Below are positions 1 to 12,619 of a stretch of 64,000 nt of DNA, piece after piece (the first letter of the stretch is position 1; each line of letters begins with the position of its first letter). Origin of the DNA: Gracilinanus agilis (lineage: Eukaryota); NCBI RefSeq assembly GCF_016433145.1, contig NC_058134.1:69078421-69142420 (forward strand), written 5' to 3'. The position numbers were made by a program, and so were the translations under genes. Below the pieces are notes generated by a model. It was given only the letters and a program-made list of their open reading frames with translations, did no database searches and was not told where the DNA came from.

Positions 1-111
1 TTCTCAAATTGATAAATGGGCAAGAGACAAGAATAGGCAATTTTCAGGTAAAGAAATCAAAAGTTTCAATTAATTTTTAATCTGATTCTCTAGGATTATT
101 ATACATACACA

Positions 112-240
112 NNNNNNNNNNNNNNNNNNNNNNNNNNNNNNNNNNNNNNNNNNNNNNNNNNNNNNNNNNNNNNNNNNNNNNNNNNNNNNNNNNNNNNNNN
201 NNNNNNNNNNNNNNNNNNNNNNNNNNNNNNNNNNNNNNNN
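112..240. other. Assembly gap (129 N)
   Basis: Run of n. Confidence 1.
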
Positions 241-975
241 AATAAATTCCATATTCACTTTTGTGTCTCATCCCCAAGAATTGGGTGACTCAAAAACTGT
301 TTATATGAGATTAAGATAGATATATGATGTAAGACCATGATAAATATAATAAAAATAGAAAGCAATAAAATGGTAGTCTACAAGTAACAGATTATATTTC
401 ATTTTGTCCTCACAACCCAACAAGGTAAATACTATTATTATCTCCATTTTGCTGAGGAGAAAACAAAGGCAATCAGTGGTTAAGTGACTTACTCAGGGTC
501 ACATAGTATCTCAAATGGACTTTGTACTCTAGTCTTCTTGCCAGTCTTTAGCACTCTACCCATATTACCACCTCACTGCATCATGAAAAGTATAAAACAG
601 ATAAAGTGCTATTTTATACATGAGGTCTGCCCTAATCCCCACATCCCAGTAGTTATGGGCCTCCCCTTCAAGATTACCCTATATATATTTTGTATTTATT
701 TATGTCTGTATACATCATTTCCCCTAAATAGGTTCTAAACTCCCAAGGCAGGAACTTTACATGTATGTGTGTGCATGTGTATGTGGCTGTATCCTAAGCA
801 CATTTCCTAGAAAACATACTAGTAACTAATAAATGTTTATTGAATAAATGCCCCCAGGAACCTAATCAAGAAGAACCTCAATATCCTATAAGATTGAATC
901 AGTCTTGTTACTTGGACCTTATCAGTATTTTCAGTATCTTCTGCACTTTTAGAAGGCAAAGCTTTCCCTCTAAAG

Positions 976-1165
976 CAGGGGTCAGCAACATATGGCTCTT
1001 GAGTCATTTCTGGCTCCACCTCCCGACCCAGCCAGTCTGGGCAGAGCCCCAGGATGTGCCCCAGGGGGCCCTTCAGCCCCCGCCCCATATTCCAGTGCCT
1101 TCCACTTCCATCCTCCTTCCGCAGGCATTTATGGCTGTCACGGCCAAAAAGGTTGCCGACCATTG
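976..1165. mobile_element. hAT (Charlie-type) MITE with GC-rich interior
   Basis: Termini CAGGGGTCAGCAAC ... GTTGCCGACCATTG. Perfect 8-bp TSD ctctaaag at 968-975 and 1166-1173. Confidence 0.85.
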
Positions 1166-1454
1166 CTCTAAAGCCTCCACAAAGGGGGAGTCCATGTCCA
1201 CTACTTCCCACCTGGCTGTACCCCACTTTAGACTTCACCATTATGGCCTTATGTTGAGTGCCTTCCTCACCTGATTTTCAGGTGCTTTTTGTGAGTTGTT
1301 TTCCCCTTAGAGGACTGTAAGCTCCTTGAGGACAGGGACTGTTATTTTGTTTAGTGTTTGTATCCCTAGCACTTAGCACAGTGCCTGGCATATAGAAGGC
1401 ACTTAATAAATATTTATCAACTAGCTGACAATGAATGAATGATGAGAACTTTTT

Positions 1455-1630
1455 TTTTTTAAACCAATACCTTCCATCTTAGAATCAATACTGGTTCCAA
1501 GACAGAAGAATGGTAAGGGTTAGGCAATGGGAGTTAAGTGACCTGCCCAGAGTCACACAGCTGGGAAGTGTCTGAGATCAAATTTGAACCCAGAATCTCC
1601 CATCTCTAGTCCTGGTTCTCAATACCTTCC
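1455..1630 (-). mobile_element. Older SINE1_Mdo-like SINE; similar copies at ~6665-6830(-), 23762-23955(-), 43750-43922(-), 44530-44705(+), 58750-58940(-), 58975-59140(+)
   Basis: Shared CORE block (aagtgacttgcccagggtcacacagct) plus the tail ...ccttccatcttagaatcaatact.... Confidence 0.8.
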
Positions 1631-1703
1631 CCTGAGAACTTTTTAGTAAAGAACTATCCTTTTCATGTTTCTATTCAGAAAATAAACACCATCATGTGCA
1701 TTA

Positions 1704-1910
<207 letters not shown>

Positions 1911-2029
1911 CTACAATAGTAACATAATATACAATTGCAAGTTAATCAAGACCACACTTTTTTTATACATATGGAATCATGTAATATATTTACACATTAG
2001 ACATGCTGTAAAAAAGCAAGAAAAATAAG

Positions 2030-2620
2030 GAAAGTGAAAAAATGCTCTTTAATCTGCACTCAGGAATTCATCAATTCTCTCTCCAGAAATGAATAACATT
2101 TTTTATCATGAGTCCTCTGGAATTGTTGTGGATCACTGTATTAATCAGAGTTACCTGATTGTTACAATATTGCTGCTTTTGTGCTAAATTCTTCCCTAGT
2201 TCTGCTCACATCACTTTTCATCAGTTCAATAAATCATCCCATCCCAGGTTTTTCTGAAGCCATCTCCATAATTTCTTGTAACATGAAAGAATTCTATCAC
2301 AATCAGAGACCCTAATTTGTTTAGCTATTTCCCAAATGAAGGACATCACTTCAATTTCCAATTCTTTGCCACCACAAGAAAAAAGGCTGCTATGAATTTT
2401 TGTGCATATAGATCTTTTTCCTCTTTTTTATCTCTTTGGGTCACAGACTTAGTAATGGTATTGCTGGGAGAAAAGGTATGCACAATTCTATGTTCTTTGG
2501 GCATAGTTCCAAACTGTACGCCAGAATGGTTATACCAGGTCATAGCTCTATCAATAGAACCTATTTTTCTTTATTCCCCTCCAGCATTTATGCCCATATT
2601 TGTATTTTTTAAAATAGTGC
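2030..2620 (-). mobile_element. L1 3' fragment (ORF2 C-terminus and 3' UTR)
   Basis: ORF 2346..2543 ends ...KFIAAFFLVVAKNWKLK, an L1 ORF2 terminal motif. Confidence 0.8.
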
Positions 2621-3041
2621 ATTGCGATTGAACCCATTTCACATACCTTTTATTTTAGCTAAGCTCTATAGTCAAACTCAACATTATATCTACTGTCACC
2701 ATGCCATCATGTCTGGAATGCACTCAGCTCTCATTTATGCTGCTCAAAATTCTTGTTTTCACCCAATGTCAGGAGATAGCTCTTTCACAGAAATTTTCTG
2801 GCCCTCTGGATCAGATTGTTCTCATGTACTCATTCTACCCAGGGAAGTCTTCACATGCTTGGAGTGGACTAACCTGACATCTGTTAAGTTACACTCAACC
2901 CGATTTAGCCCACTGCCACACCAGTTTTGCTGGCCTGTGGACACTGTGTATGCCACAGTTTCTTGGAGCCATGGAAGGACAAGGAAGAGGACGGTGTTTC
3001 TTACACATTAGACCGCAATGCAGAGCTATCTGATAGATTCC

Positions 3042-3600
3042 TGTGTTGGCAAAATTCAACAGAAGTTAGTCCTCTCAAGTCTCAGGAAATAAGGATTTGA
3101 TTAGATATCGGGGTCTCTAAATACCTGGTGACTGAATCCCAGAAGGGGTGACTGAACCTCAAATTCAGTGCCATGTCCTTTGCCTAACCCCAAGTTTATA
3201 GAACGTGATGTGAAGTTCAAAGTTTCACTATGGCTACAGCCAAACATCAGACCTAGTATCAGAGACCCTGTTCCTGGATGATGGTGATGCAGGGTCTGGT
3301 CCTCGGCAGTGTACTGAATGTAAAGAACTTAGTGTCTGAGGTTCTGCTCTTAGGCTGGATCCAACCCAACAAGAGGATCCCTTCCCTCCCTGGTTCCAGC
3401 TGAGGGTTAAGGGAGACCTGTTGCTTTGTTGGAATGGACTGAAATGAGATCATGGAGGTTGGCCTTTAACAGACCTTTAACAAGGTTAGAGGCACATATC
3501 CACTCAGACCAGTTAATGAAGAGCTTGGCCTTGGCAGAGGACTCTCTACTACACCAAAAAGGTGCTCCTTACTCTTGAGAGCTTCCTGGATTTATTACTT
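3042..3600. mobile_element. Possible LTR or other GC-richer repeat
   Basis: Starts TG, composition shifts from the flanks, TATA-like words are present. No firm family call. Confidence 0.35.
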
Positions 3601-5488
3601 TTTAGCTATGAAAACCCAAATTTCTTTTGAACTGAATGAAATTGACTTGAATAGAATTTTAGTTTGGGGGAATAGCCTGCACAAACACAAGTAAGAATAT
3701 GCACGTTTTTTAGGGGAGATTACCCATTCTAATGGGCTCAGAGTATCTATGCCAACAAGTACATAAAAGAGATGAGAGAGATGGGTATGGGGTGCTGCCT
3801 TGAATGTTAGATTTAATAATTAATAATTTATATGATAGGAAAAGAGAGAGCCATCATCAATTCTTGAGTTGGGTTAGTAGTATTATGAAAACAGTATTTG
3901 AGAAACATTATGATGATAATTGTATGTAGAACAGACTAGGAAAGGGATTAATAGGATATAGACCAGGTTGGAGGCTACTTGCAGCAATCTCTGGAAAAAG
4001 TGACTAAAGCTGAAACTGAAGGATAGATGTAGAAGCAAGTACGCTTTCATCCTTGTGAGCAGAAAATCAAAGTTGTTCTATTGATAGAGATGTATGAGTT
4101 GGAAACATGGTGGATTTCTCACTACACAGTCTTCGTTAAGTAGCAGTGATGATCAACTCCATTTATGTATTTAAGAAAACAATTCAGTTGGACAAACAGC
4201 TATTAAAATCCCCACTCTGTGTAAAACCAAAGAGACAGGGAGCTGAAAGGATTACCGATCATGACTGACAGATTACAAACCCAAAATTAGATTCTCTTAG
4301 AATAATTTTTGAGAGTCCACTGGTCATTTTTTTCTCAGTTAACGGTATGTGACTTAATGTACCTAAAGTAGTTTTTAGAATATATTCTGATCAGTTTGTC
4401 TTGAATAAAATATTGTGAAGTGGTTCAAAACAAAGAAAATTGATATTTTAGTCTTAAATACAAGGGCTTTTGTCTAAGGGTAAGCAGGCATTTAAGGATC
4501 GATTCCTGTCCAAATGTATAGTACCATCATTCAATACTCACACCAGGAAAAAACTCTAAATTGGCATTGCATTTTGATCCATCACACAAAAATACTATAT
4601 AGCCCTTATCTGTCATATATATATATATATAATTATAGATATAAACTTGAAACCATTGTAAATATTTTAAAAACCAAATATATCTACTTAGTTTATTATA
4701 TTTGCCCAAATAAAATAATGTATGGACATCATAAATTTATTTTTCTTTTCTAAGTTGCTTACATAGCTTAATATCTATTCAAAAGGAAACCACGATAAAA
4801 TATTTTCATGTTTTTTTTTCCAAAACATTAGGGTCCATGCACTACTGCTGGTGGCCACAACAAATATTTCTCTTTATATATGTAACCATTGCCCAAAACC
4901 TTAAAGAAAAAAATTTAACAAACATGGAAATGATTAGTCCCTCATTAAATTCACACAAAATCTACATCATGCCATTAGGTTCTTTGAAATCTGATCTTTT
5001 GGATACAAAATAAATTCTTCTGGCACTTGAATAATCAATTTTTATGGCTTTAAATTAAATGCAGATTTGGCTTTAAAATGTTGATCACATCTTACATAAT
5101 GTTTTTTTATAAATAGCCAATAAATTAATTGAAAATAAAATGCAAATTCTGAAACAAGCTGCATACCATAGCAATAGATAAAACAATTTCTAACAAATTT
5201 GAATATTGTAACTAGAGCTCTTGGGTTCAGCAAAAAGTCACGTCATTTGCTAAGAAGCATTGCTCATATGAGAAGTTTGCCATTAATAGTTCAAAGTAGT
5301 TTATAACTAATATGAAAGTCAAAAGTATTCCCCCTATAATGTTATGGAAATATTAAGTAATTTCTTTAGAAACAAACCCAGGAACAAAATCATTAGGCTC
5401 AAGATAATGACACTTTGCCTACAGTATTTTTTTTAGCTATGAAAACATTTTTGTTGATCTGAGTCAGTATTAGAAGTGTATAGATTTT

Positions 5489-5674
5489 GGGGCAGCTGGG
5501 TAGCTCAGTGGAGTGAGAGTCAGGCCTAGAGACAGGAGGTCCTAGGTTCAAACCCGGCCTCAGCCACTTCCCAGCTGTGTGACCCTGGGCAAGTCACTTG
5601 ACCCCCATTGCCCACCCTTACCAATCTTCCACCTATAAGAAAATACACCGAAGTACAAGGGTTTAAAAAAAAAA
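5489..5674 (+). mobile_element. Young SINE1_Mdo-type SINE
   Basis: GGGGCAGCTGGGTAGCTCAGTGG head, poly(A) tail, perfect 17-bp TSD agaagtgtatagatttt (5472-5488 / 5675-5691). Confidence 0.92.
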
Positions 5675-5699
5675 AGAAGTGTATAGATTTTAGAATTGA

Positions 5700-6350
5700 A
5701 TAGAACTCTCTAAAGTCACAGAATCATTGGATTTCAGAGTTGAAAGGATCTCAATAACCTTGTAGTCATACTTGTACATAAAAAAGGAATCCTCATCTTA
5801 ACCTCCCTGATCCATCTTCAACTTGAAGGCCTCCAAGGAGGGAACACCCACCAGCTCACCCCACTGGAGGCAGACCATTCTATTTCTGGACAACTCTGTT
5901 AGGAAGTTTTTCCAGACATGAAGCCTGTAGACCTTGTTACGATTTTTGCACATTGACAAATTTTACACATTTCTCTTTTACAAAAAGAACAAATCAAATT
6001 CTTCCTCCATTCATCAGTCATTCAAATGATTAAAGACAATTATGAGTTTCCATCTCTACTCCCTTGAGTCTTCTCTCCTCCAGGCTAAAAGGGACCAGCT
6101 CCTTCAACTAATCTTCATATGAAATGGACTTAAGGTACTTCTCTATCCTGGTGGTCCTTTAGAAATGTCCAACCTTATAAATGCCATAAAAAGGTCCTTC
6201 TTCTTAAATCATAGCACCTAGAACTAACAATACTCCAGATGAAGCCTGAAGAGGGCACAGCACAACAAAACTCTTATCTCCTTTTGCCTGAAAGCTCTGA
6301 AAGCAGGTCCAAATCACATTCCCTTTGGAGGCTGCCCCATCATACTGCTT
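5700..6350 (-). mobile_element. CR1/L3 LINE 3' fragment
   Basis: agaatcattggatttcagagttgaaagg and ggaggcagaccattctatttctggacaactctgttaggaagtt match the L3-type 3' end. Confidence 0.6.
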
Positions 6351-6369
6351 GATGAGTTAGCAACGCAGT

Positions 6370-6572
6370 AAAACTGTGCTGTCAAACACACAGACTTCAG
6401 GCCACCTACAATACCCCCAAGGGCTGCCCAAACCAGATTAAAATGAAATCGAGAAATATTAAACAAAACAAATAAAAAATGCAATAAAACATAAATAGCA
6501 TTGTATTCTAAATTGTCAATATGCGGCCATTAATTAATGGCCCCCATTTTTATTTGAGTTTGACACTGCTGT
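6370..6572. mobile_element. Old hAT-like MITE (MdoRep1-like); a partial second copy lies at ~41580-41705
   Basis: Ends ...gtgctgtcaaac / gagtttgacactgctg with an AT-rich core; a related core recurs near 41.6 kb. Confidence 0.6.
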
Positions 6573-8808
6573 ACTAAAATACCCAGAACTTGTTCATAAC
6601 AACTGTTGTCTAATCTTGCCCCAACCATCACCATTTGCCTGAACACTCGGTCATTTTTGTAAACCCTTACCTTCTATCTTTGAATCTATACTAATATTGG
6701 TTCCAAGGCAGAATGGCAAGGGCTAGATAATGGGGGTTAAGTAACTTGCCCAGGGTCACACAATCTCCTGTCTCCAGACTTGGCTCTCTACACCTCTGAG
6801 CCATCAAGCCATCTACACTTACACTAATTGGTCTTTAACATAAAACTTTTTATGTATGTCTCGTTGTACCAATTTAGTCATATACATCCTAAAGGAGCAA
6901 AAGGATTGACAAAGAGGTAGAGAGGGCTAAGAATACACTTAGAATGGTAAAATACACAATACTTTATTATTTTTACTATCTTAAAATTTACCATTAGTTT
7001 TACTATAATTTTTATAGTATTCATTAGACAGAAAATTGACAATTACAATTTATTAATGATATGCTATGCTGTTATCAGGGCATTTGAAAAAACACTGATT
7101 TTTAAAATAATTTTAAGAGGAAATCCATATTTCAAGAATATATTTGTAACCAGAACCTAAGCTACTAATCTGTGCATAGTAGGCAATTTACAAGGATTTA
7201 TGGATTTAAAAGATTTTAATTATGGGAAGGTGGAATATAAATTTATTGGTTATTTTTGCTAACTTAATTCTATAGATTCCATTTTTAAAATAAAAGATTG
7301 GAACTATCAACACAAGTAAAATGGTAAGATAGAAATAGAATGCTAAGCTCCAAAAAACCAGGGATGGTGACATTTTTTATGGCTGTAACCCTATCTCCTA
7401 GAAAGAACAATGTCTGACAAATAAAATTGCTTAGAAATAGATTTAAGTTTGGAAAGGACCTAGAAAGTCATCTATTCCAAAGGCATGTTTTATAGATCAG
7501 GAAACTGAGGCAGTAAGGGATTATGATTTTTGCCTTGGATCTTTACATAGGTGCTGAATGACAGAACCAAATCTAAAGCCCTTAACATCCTGCCACAATG
7601 CTTAGTAAATATTTATTGCATGTTGCATGTTGACTATTCATTGAATTAAGATAATCTTTACACCAGATTCATGGAGTAAATACTGGAAAACCTCAACCAG
7701 AAAAATGCATATTTGTTTCTTTATTTCTTTTTCCTTTTAAAATGAGTATTCAACATTAAAAAAGAACATTTTATTAAAACAATAAAAGCTGTAGCCAACT
7801 CAAAATTCAGATTAAGATGAGACTTTTTAAGATTTTTAATCTCTTTATCAAATTTTCCTTTTAGATAATCCTTTTCAAAATGTCTTAAAAACCGATGTAA
7901 GAACATTTTAACATTTACAAGTATGATAAAAGATTATACTTGACAACAAGCATTAGAAAAGAATTTTTCCCTATGGTCTTGCATCTCTGAATGGTTTGTT
8001 TTTGGTTTAAAATCTGATTTTTCACTTCAATTTCTAAAACATAAGGGGTCAAGCTGTATCTTGTTAAGAGATGAGTTATGGGTAAATATGACAGCTGTGG
8101 AATAATTCTCTGCCACATTTCCCAAATTGTCTAAAGTTTTTGGGTCATAGCCTGGTTGTGTGTAAAACATCCAGATAATAACCAGGACTAGTGAACATTA
8201 AAAATTACTGTTTCCATGATGTTGACATTGCTCTACAATGATCTAACATGTGGAAATCTGCAACTGTTAATCCTCCTAGGCACAGGCACATTGGGTTCCA
8301 GTGACCATAAAAAGCCAGGTACTGCTCAGTTCTTCAAACAGACAATTTTAACTCAAACCTTCTTTCAAAGACCAACAGCTTTTGGGGACCATGCTTTCTC
8401 CTCAGAACTAAGAACACTCTGCCAATGAAGCCCATCCTTGGGGACTACCCACCAATTTTATGTTTTCTCTCCAAATTAGAATGGGAGCTTCTTGAGAGCA
8501 GAGACTGTCTCAATTTTCTACTAGTATCCTCAGCACTCTGCTCTGCATTTTAGTAAATGCTTAATGAATGTTCTTCTATTCCATTCATTCAACAAATATT
8601 CTATTACCTACAAGATACTGGACCTAAGCATTGGCCCATTTGCCTCAACATTCATTGGTCATTAACATAAACTACCTGATATTTACTTTTTATGTATGCC
8701 TTATTACCTCAATTAAAGACATATGCTCCTCAAGGTCAGAGACTATGATTCATGCATTTTTTAATCCCTGGGGCCCAGCATAACATTCTTCAGCTATACC
8801 TGGTCTTT

Positions 8809-8992
8809 TTTTTTTAAAACCCTTGTACTTCGGTGTATTGTCTCATAGGTGGAAGACTGGTAAGGGTGGGCAATGGGGGTCAAGTGACTTGCCCAGGGTC
8901 ACACAGCTGGGAAGTGGCTGAGGCCGGGTTTAAACCTAGGACCTCCTGTCTCTAGGCCTGACTCTCACTCCACTGAGCTACCCAGCTGCCCC
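8809..8992 (-). mobile_element. Young SINE1_Mdo-type SINE
   Basis: Near-identical reverse complement of the 5489 copy. TSD ctggtcttt. Confidence 0.92.
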
Positions 8993-9574
8993 CCTGGTCT
9001 TTAATAAATATCTGCTGTTGATGCCTTTTTTTCTTGATCTTGACCCATTGGTTTGGGGAACTGCCAGTGTGGAAAACTCTTTCCACAGATGCAAATGGAC
9101 AATTCTTCCCTCACTTATAGTTTCAGAGAGTTGGATGCAGGGCACTGAAAGGTGAAGTGATTTGCCCAGGGTACACAACCAATATTACACCTGAAAAGGG
9201 ACATAAATGCAGATTTTCCTAACTCCAAAACCTATCAAGCTATCTTATGACATCATGTTACTTCTCATTTGTTGATGACAAAAGAAATATCAAGACCTTT
9301 TGAGTAGGCTCTGGTTGAACAAAAGGATGCACCATTTTGGAAAAAAAAAGAGAAGAATCACTTGTAGATAAATTCACACAGCTTTTGGGTTTCATAGTGT
9401 AAGAATATGAAATTTAGGTTTTTATGCTAATATGAAAGTTCTAAAGTAATATTGTGGTCACCTATTAAAACTATTATAGCTTTAGTCAAAATGACTATTA
9501 GTAGCTTTATTTACAAAGAGGTGGAAAGAGTAAAAGTGGAAAAATGTAAGAAGAGGGTGGAAAAATATCTAGCC

Positions 9575-10197
9575 TATCACCCTAAGTGTTGCTCTGGTGT
9601 CTGGCTTAGCCCCAGCAGGGCTTGGTAACCTTCAACCAGAGTACCAGGCGGTGTCTTCAGCAAGGGTTCCACCAACTCAGCAACCTTTTCCAGGAAAGGA
9701 AGGCCTCTCTGGAACCAATCTCTCCAGAAGTCAGGAAAAGTAGGCCAGCTACTCACCCAACTCACCAACACTGAGTCTCCGAAGACAAACTCCCAAGGAA
9801 AAGAAGATCAAAAGAGAAGTCCAAAAGGTGAAGTCCTCCAAAGAAGCATTCCAAAGGAGAAGCCACCTCCAAAGAAGAAATCCAAAGGAAAAGCCTTCAT
9901 GGGCAGGAAGTTCAGGACTTTTTATAGTCCTTTTCCACATCACTTCTTGTTCTTCCCTCTACTTTACAGGAACCAACTGCAGACTTTCAAGTTGCCTAGC
10001 ACTTCCCAGGAGTGGGGGATAGGTAGGGAGAGGGGTCCCAGGTTAAGGGGGTGGCAGTAGCCTTTGGAGGTTACTTGCTCTAGTAAATGATTTGTGAATT
10101 CTATTGCTTAGTGTTAAGTAGGGGTGCTTAAATTTTTGATTTATTAAGTTAAAAGTTGCTTATTGATAGACAAAGAAAGTTTGAATCACTCTTCACA
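9575..10197 (-). mobile_element. ERV LTR, sense to ODAD2
   Basis: Starts TGTGAAG after a purine run. TATAAAAA at 9926-9919, pyrimidine-rich R region, two GTGAGT donors, ends ...GTGATA. No TSD identified. Confidence 0.75.
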
Positions 10198-10199
10198 AT

Positions 10200-10747
10200 C
10201 GCCCCTGTGATTCTTTGGGAGAGTAGTTTCCCCAATGAATCATTTAACATAACTAACTTATACCTCTAAAGATCTTCTAGCTACAGGTACATACAATATT
10301 GCACTTTTCTAAGAGGAAACTATAATACTTNNNNNNNNNNNNNNNNNNNNNNNNNNNNNNNNNNNNNNNNNNNNNNNNNNNNNNNNNNNNNNNNNNNNNN
10401 NNNNNNNNNNNNNNNNNNNNNNNNNNNNNNNNNNNNNNNNNNNNNNNNNNNNNNNNNNNNNNNNNNNNNNNNNNNNNNNNNNNNNNGCTAGGTGCATTGG
10501 CAAAAAGCCAATTAGGGAGCAGTCCCCTTTGGCATAAGAGTTTACATTCAGAATAAATTTGCTCAACCCCCTTCAGTTCAATCAATTATATCCCAAATTT
10601 CACTCTGGATCTTCTGATGCAGTATAGGTTTCTTTATGGTACTTTCTCCAAACAGTTCACTTTCTTGACTTGAGGAGTTAGCAAACTTCTTTTTTTGAAA
10701 TTTCTTTCAAAAAATGTTTAAACCTTGGGTTTTATGAAAATTATACA
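10200..10747 (-). mobile_element. Additional LTR fragments, partly in the gap
   Basis: PPT-like AGGGGGA before TG at 10747. Segment 10324-10224 is homologous to the start of the LTR at 12145. Confidence 0.55.
10331..10486. other. Assembly gap (156 N) inside the LTR cluster
   Basis: Run of n. Confidence 1.
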
Positions 10748-11499
10748 ATCCCCCTGAGGATGGTGTTGATCAACACCTGGATCAACTCTTGGATACATAG
10801 TTGAGTTATGTGGTATATGAGTCAAGTGTTGAAAGAAAAACCAAAAACATTAAAAAAGAAAAAAAAGAAAAACAAATAGAAGAAAAAATATTAAAATTTT
10901 GGAGAAAAGAAAATCAAAATCAAAACCAAAATATCAAAACTTATATATATATAAATTTCTGAGAAAGCAAGAATAAATTCATAATAGGTTCTTAAATCAC
11001 AATCCAATTAAAGGGATTTCTGTCCCACAAGACTGTAGGGCAAATGTGGTAATGTTGCACTTACCCACTGGCAGCCAGGACTACAGAAAGTTGCCATGTT
11101 GTAAGGGAGAAAAAAAGACTAGATTTTGATGTAAAAAGGAAGTATCACTGCCTGGTCTGATTTTACCTACACTCTCAGGGATAGGGAAGCCGAAATGGCA
11201 GCCAAACTTAGGCACTTGTTAGAATGTGGCACAGAGAAGAACTGCATCTGACATATGTCAAACAGTCACTATCTCGAACCTCAAACAAGTCCTCTGTGGT
11301 GGTGCAGATATCATTAATCCCACAAGGGTTGTTGGTCTTCTCGACCTTTTGCTGCTTTGCACTGTACAATGGCTCTTTTGTGATCCCTTCTCCTGGAATC
11401 AGACACAATGATTAATCACAGTCCCACAATATTTATCAATCAGTGGCAGGTATCCATAGTCTAAAGCTTTTTGAGTATACATTAATATTATAGCAAATG

Positions 11500-12110
11500 G
11501 ATATTTTAAACTTTAAACTTTATTTAAAAGGAATCCAAGAGTACTTTTGTCCAATTTTGACAGCTATTGGAGTGGTTAACAGTACTTGAAATAGACCTTC
11601 CAAGGCAGGCTGAATTGCTCCAGTAAGCTGGAAGTTCTTTATGTACACCTTGTCTCTTGGGTTTAGGTCATTAAGGGAGAAGTCTATAGGTCCTGCTTGT
11701 ACTGCAGCTCTGAATTCACGGGGTTCTTGCAATTTGATCTGCAATTCCTGTATATATGAAGAAATAAAAAGTGCCCCCCCCAGTAGTGATGTATATGCAG
11801 GAGAAAAAGGCTTAGCCTATATAGGGGGGTGTCCTATGATGAGATGTGTAGTTCTCCCATGGACTTGCTTCAAAGATAAAATAGAGATAGAGGGAAAACT
11901 GCAGACCATTTTAAATGAATCTCAGTGCACAGTTTTCCAATCATGGTCTTAAGTTTTCTGTTCATTCTTTCAACTTGGCCTGAGCTCTAGGTATGACATG
12001 ATATGTGGAATTTAGGCATTATCCCCAAATAGGAATAAATTTGGGAAGGAACTGAATTAGTAAAATGAATTCTCCTATCTGAATCAATTCTTGCTGGTAG
12101 TTTTGTTCTC
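11500..12110 (-). mobile_element. Endogenous retrovirus (ERV1-like) pol remnant: integrase core and C-terminal domain
   Basis: Minus-strand translation IDSDRRIHFT...LGIMPKFH...SSGQVERMNRKLKT...LKW (DDE core), then DKVYIKNF...EGLFQVLLTTPIAVKIG..WI (GPY/F-type C-terminus, ORF 11520..11744). Contains stops and frameshifts. Confidence 0.9.
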
Positions 12111-12144
12111 TTTCTCTTTTATTTCCGTCTTATTCCCAAATTAT

Positions 12145-12614
12145 TGTAATTTCCCCTCTGAAACTGCAATATTGTATATACCTCTAGTTAAAGATCTTTC
12201 GAGATATAAGTTGATTACGTGTAATGATTCCATGGGGAAACTAGGCATGTAAATCTGGGAGATTTCTACATACTTGTTTCCCATGGGAATCACATGGGGG
12301 ATTGTGTAATTAGAACCTGTTCTCCTGTACTTCAATTCCCAGTATCCCACTTTCCTTCTCATGTCACATTGCTGACGTAAGGAGGATATAAGTTTTGTGT
12401 AGCCTCACCTCTCTCTCTCTTCCTATGATCCCATTTGGTGGAGGTGGTGTGAGGTGAGCAGGCAGGAGAACTTAATCACGTGGTCTTATTTTTGTTAGAT
12501 AACAAGGTTTTTTATACTTCTATTTCCTTTTTATTCCTTCTACTTCAAGTGATTATTAATAAACTTTATCAAAATATAATACTTGGAGTATTGAACATTG
12601 ATTTAAATCTTATA
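12145..12614 (+). mobile_element. ERV solo LTR, antisense to ODAD2
   Basis: Starts TGTAA. GATATAAG TATA-like box at ~12387, CT-rich R region, GAG|GTGAGC donor, AATAAA at ~12560. Confidence 0.75.
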
Positions 12615-12619
12615 ATGGG

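Noticed and set aside
112-240. Possibility that the next ODAD2 exon lies in the first gap
   Set aside because: The flanks show no exon sequence or splice sites, and the gap is shorter than the ~210-nt exon I recall from human.
837-1274. Overlapping 134-144 aa ORFs on both strands
   Set aside because: They span a GC-rich hAT MITE and L2 ends; no protein similarity or splice support.
5489-5560. tRNA-like A/B boxes
   Set aside because: They are tRNA-derived SINE heads. I found no tRNA, rRNA or snoRNA gene in the window.
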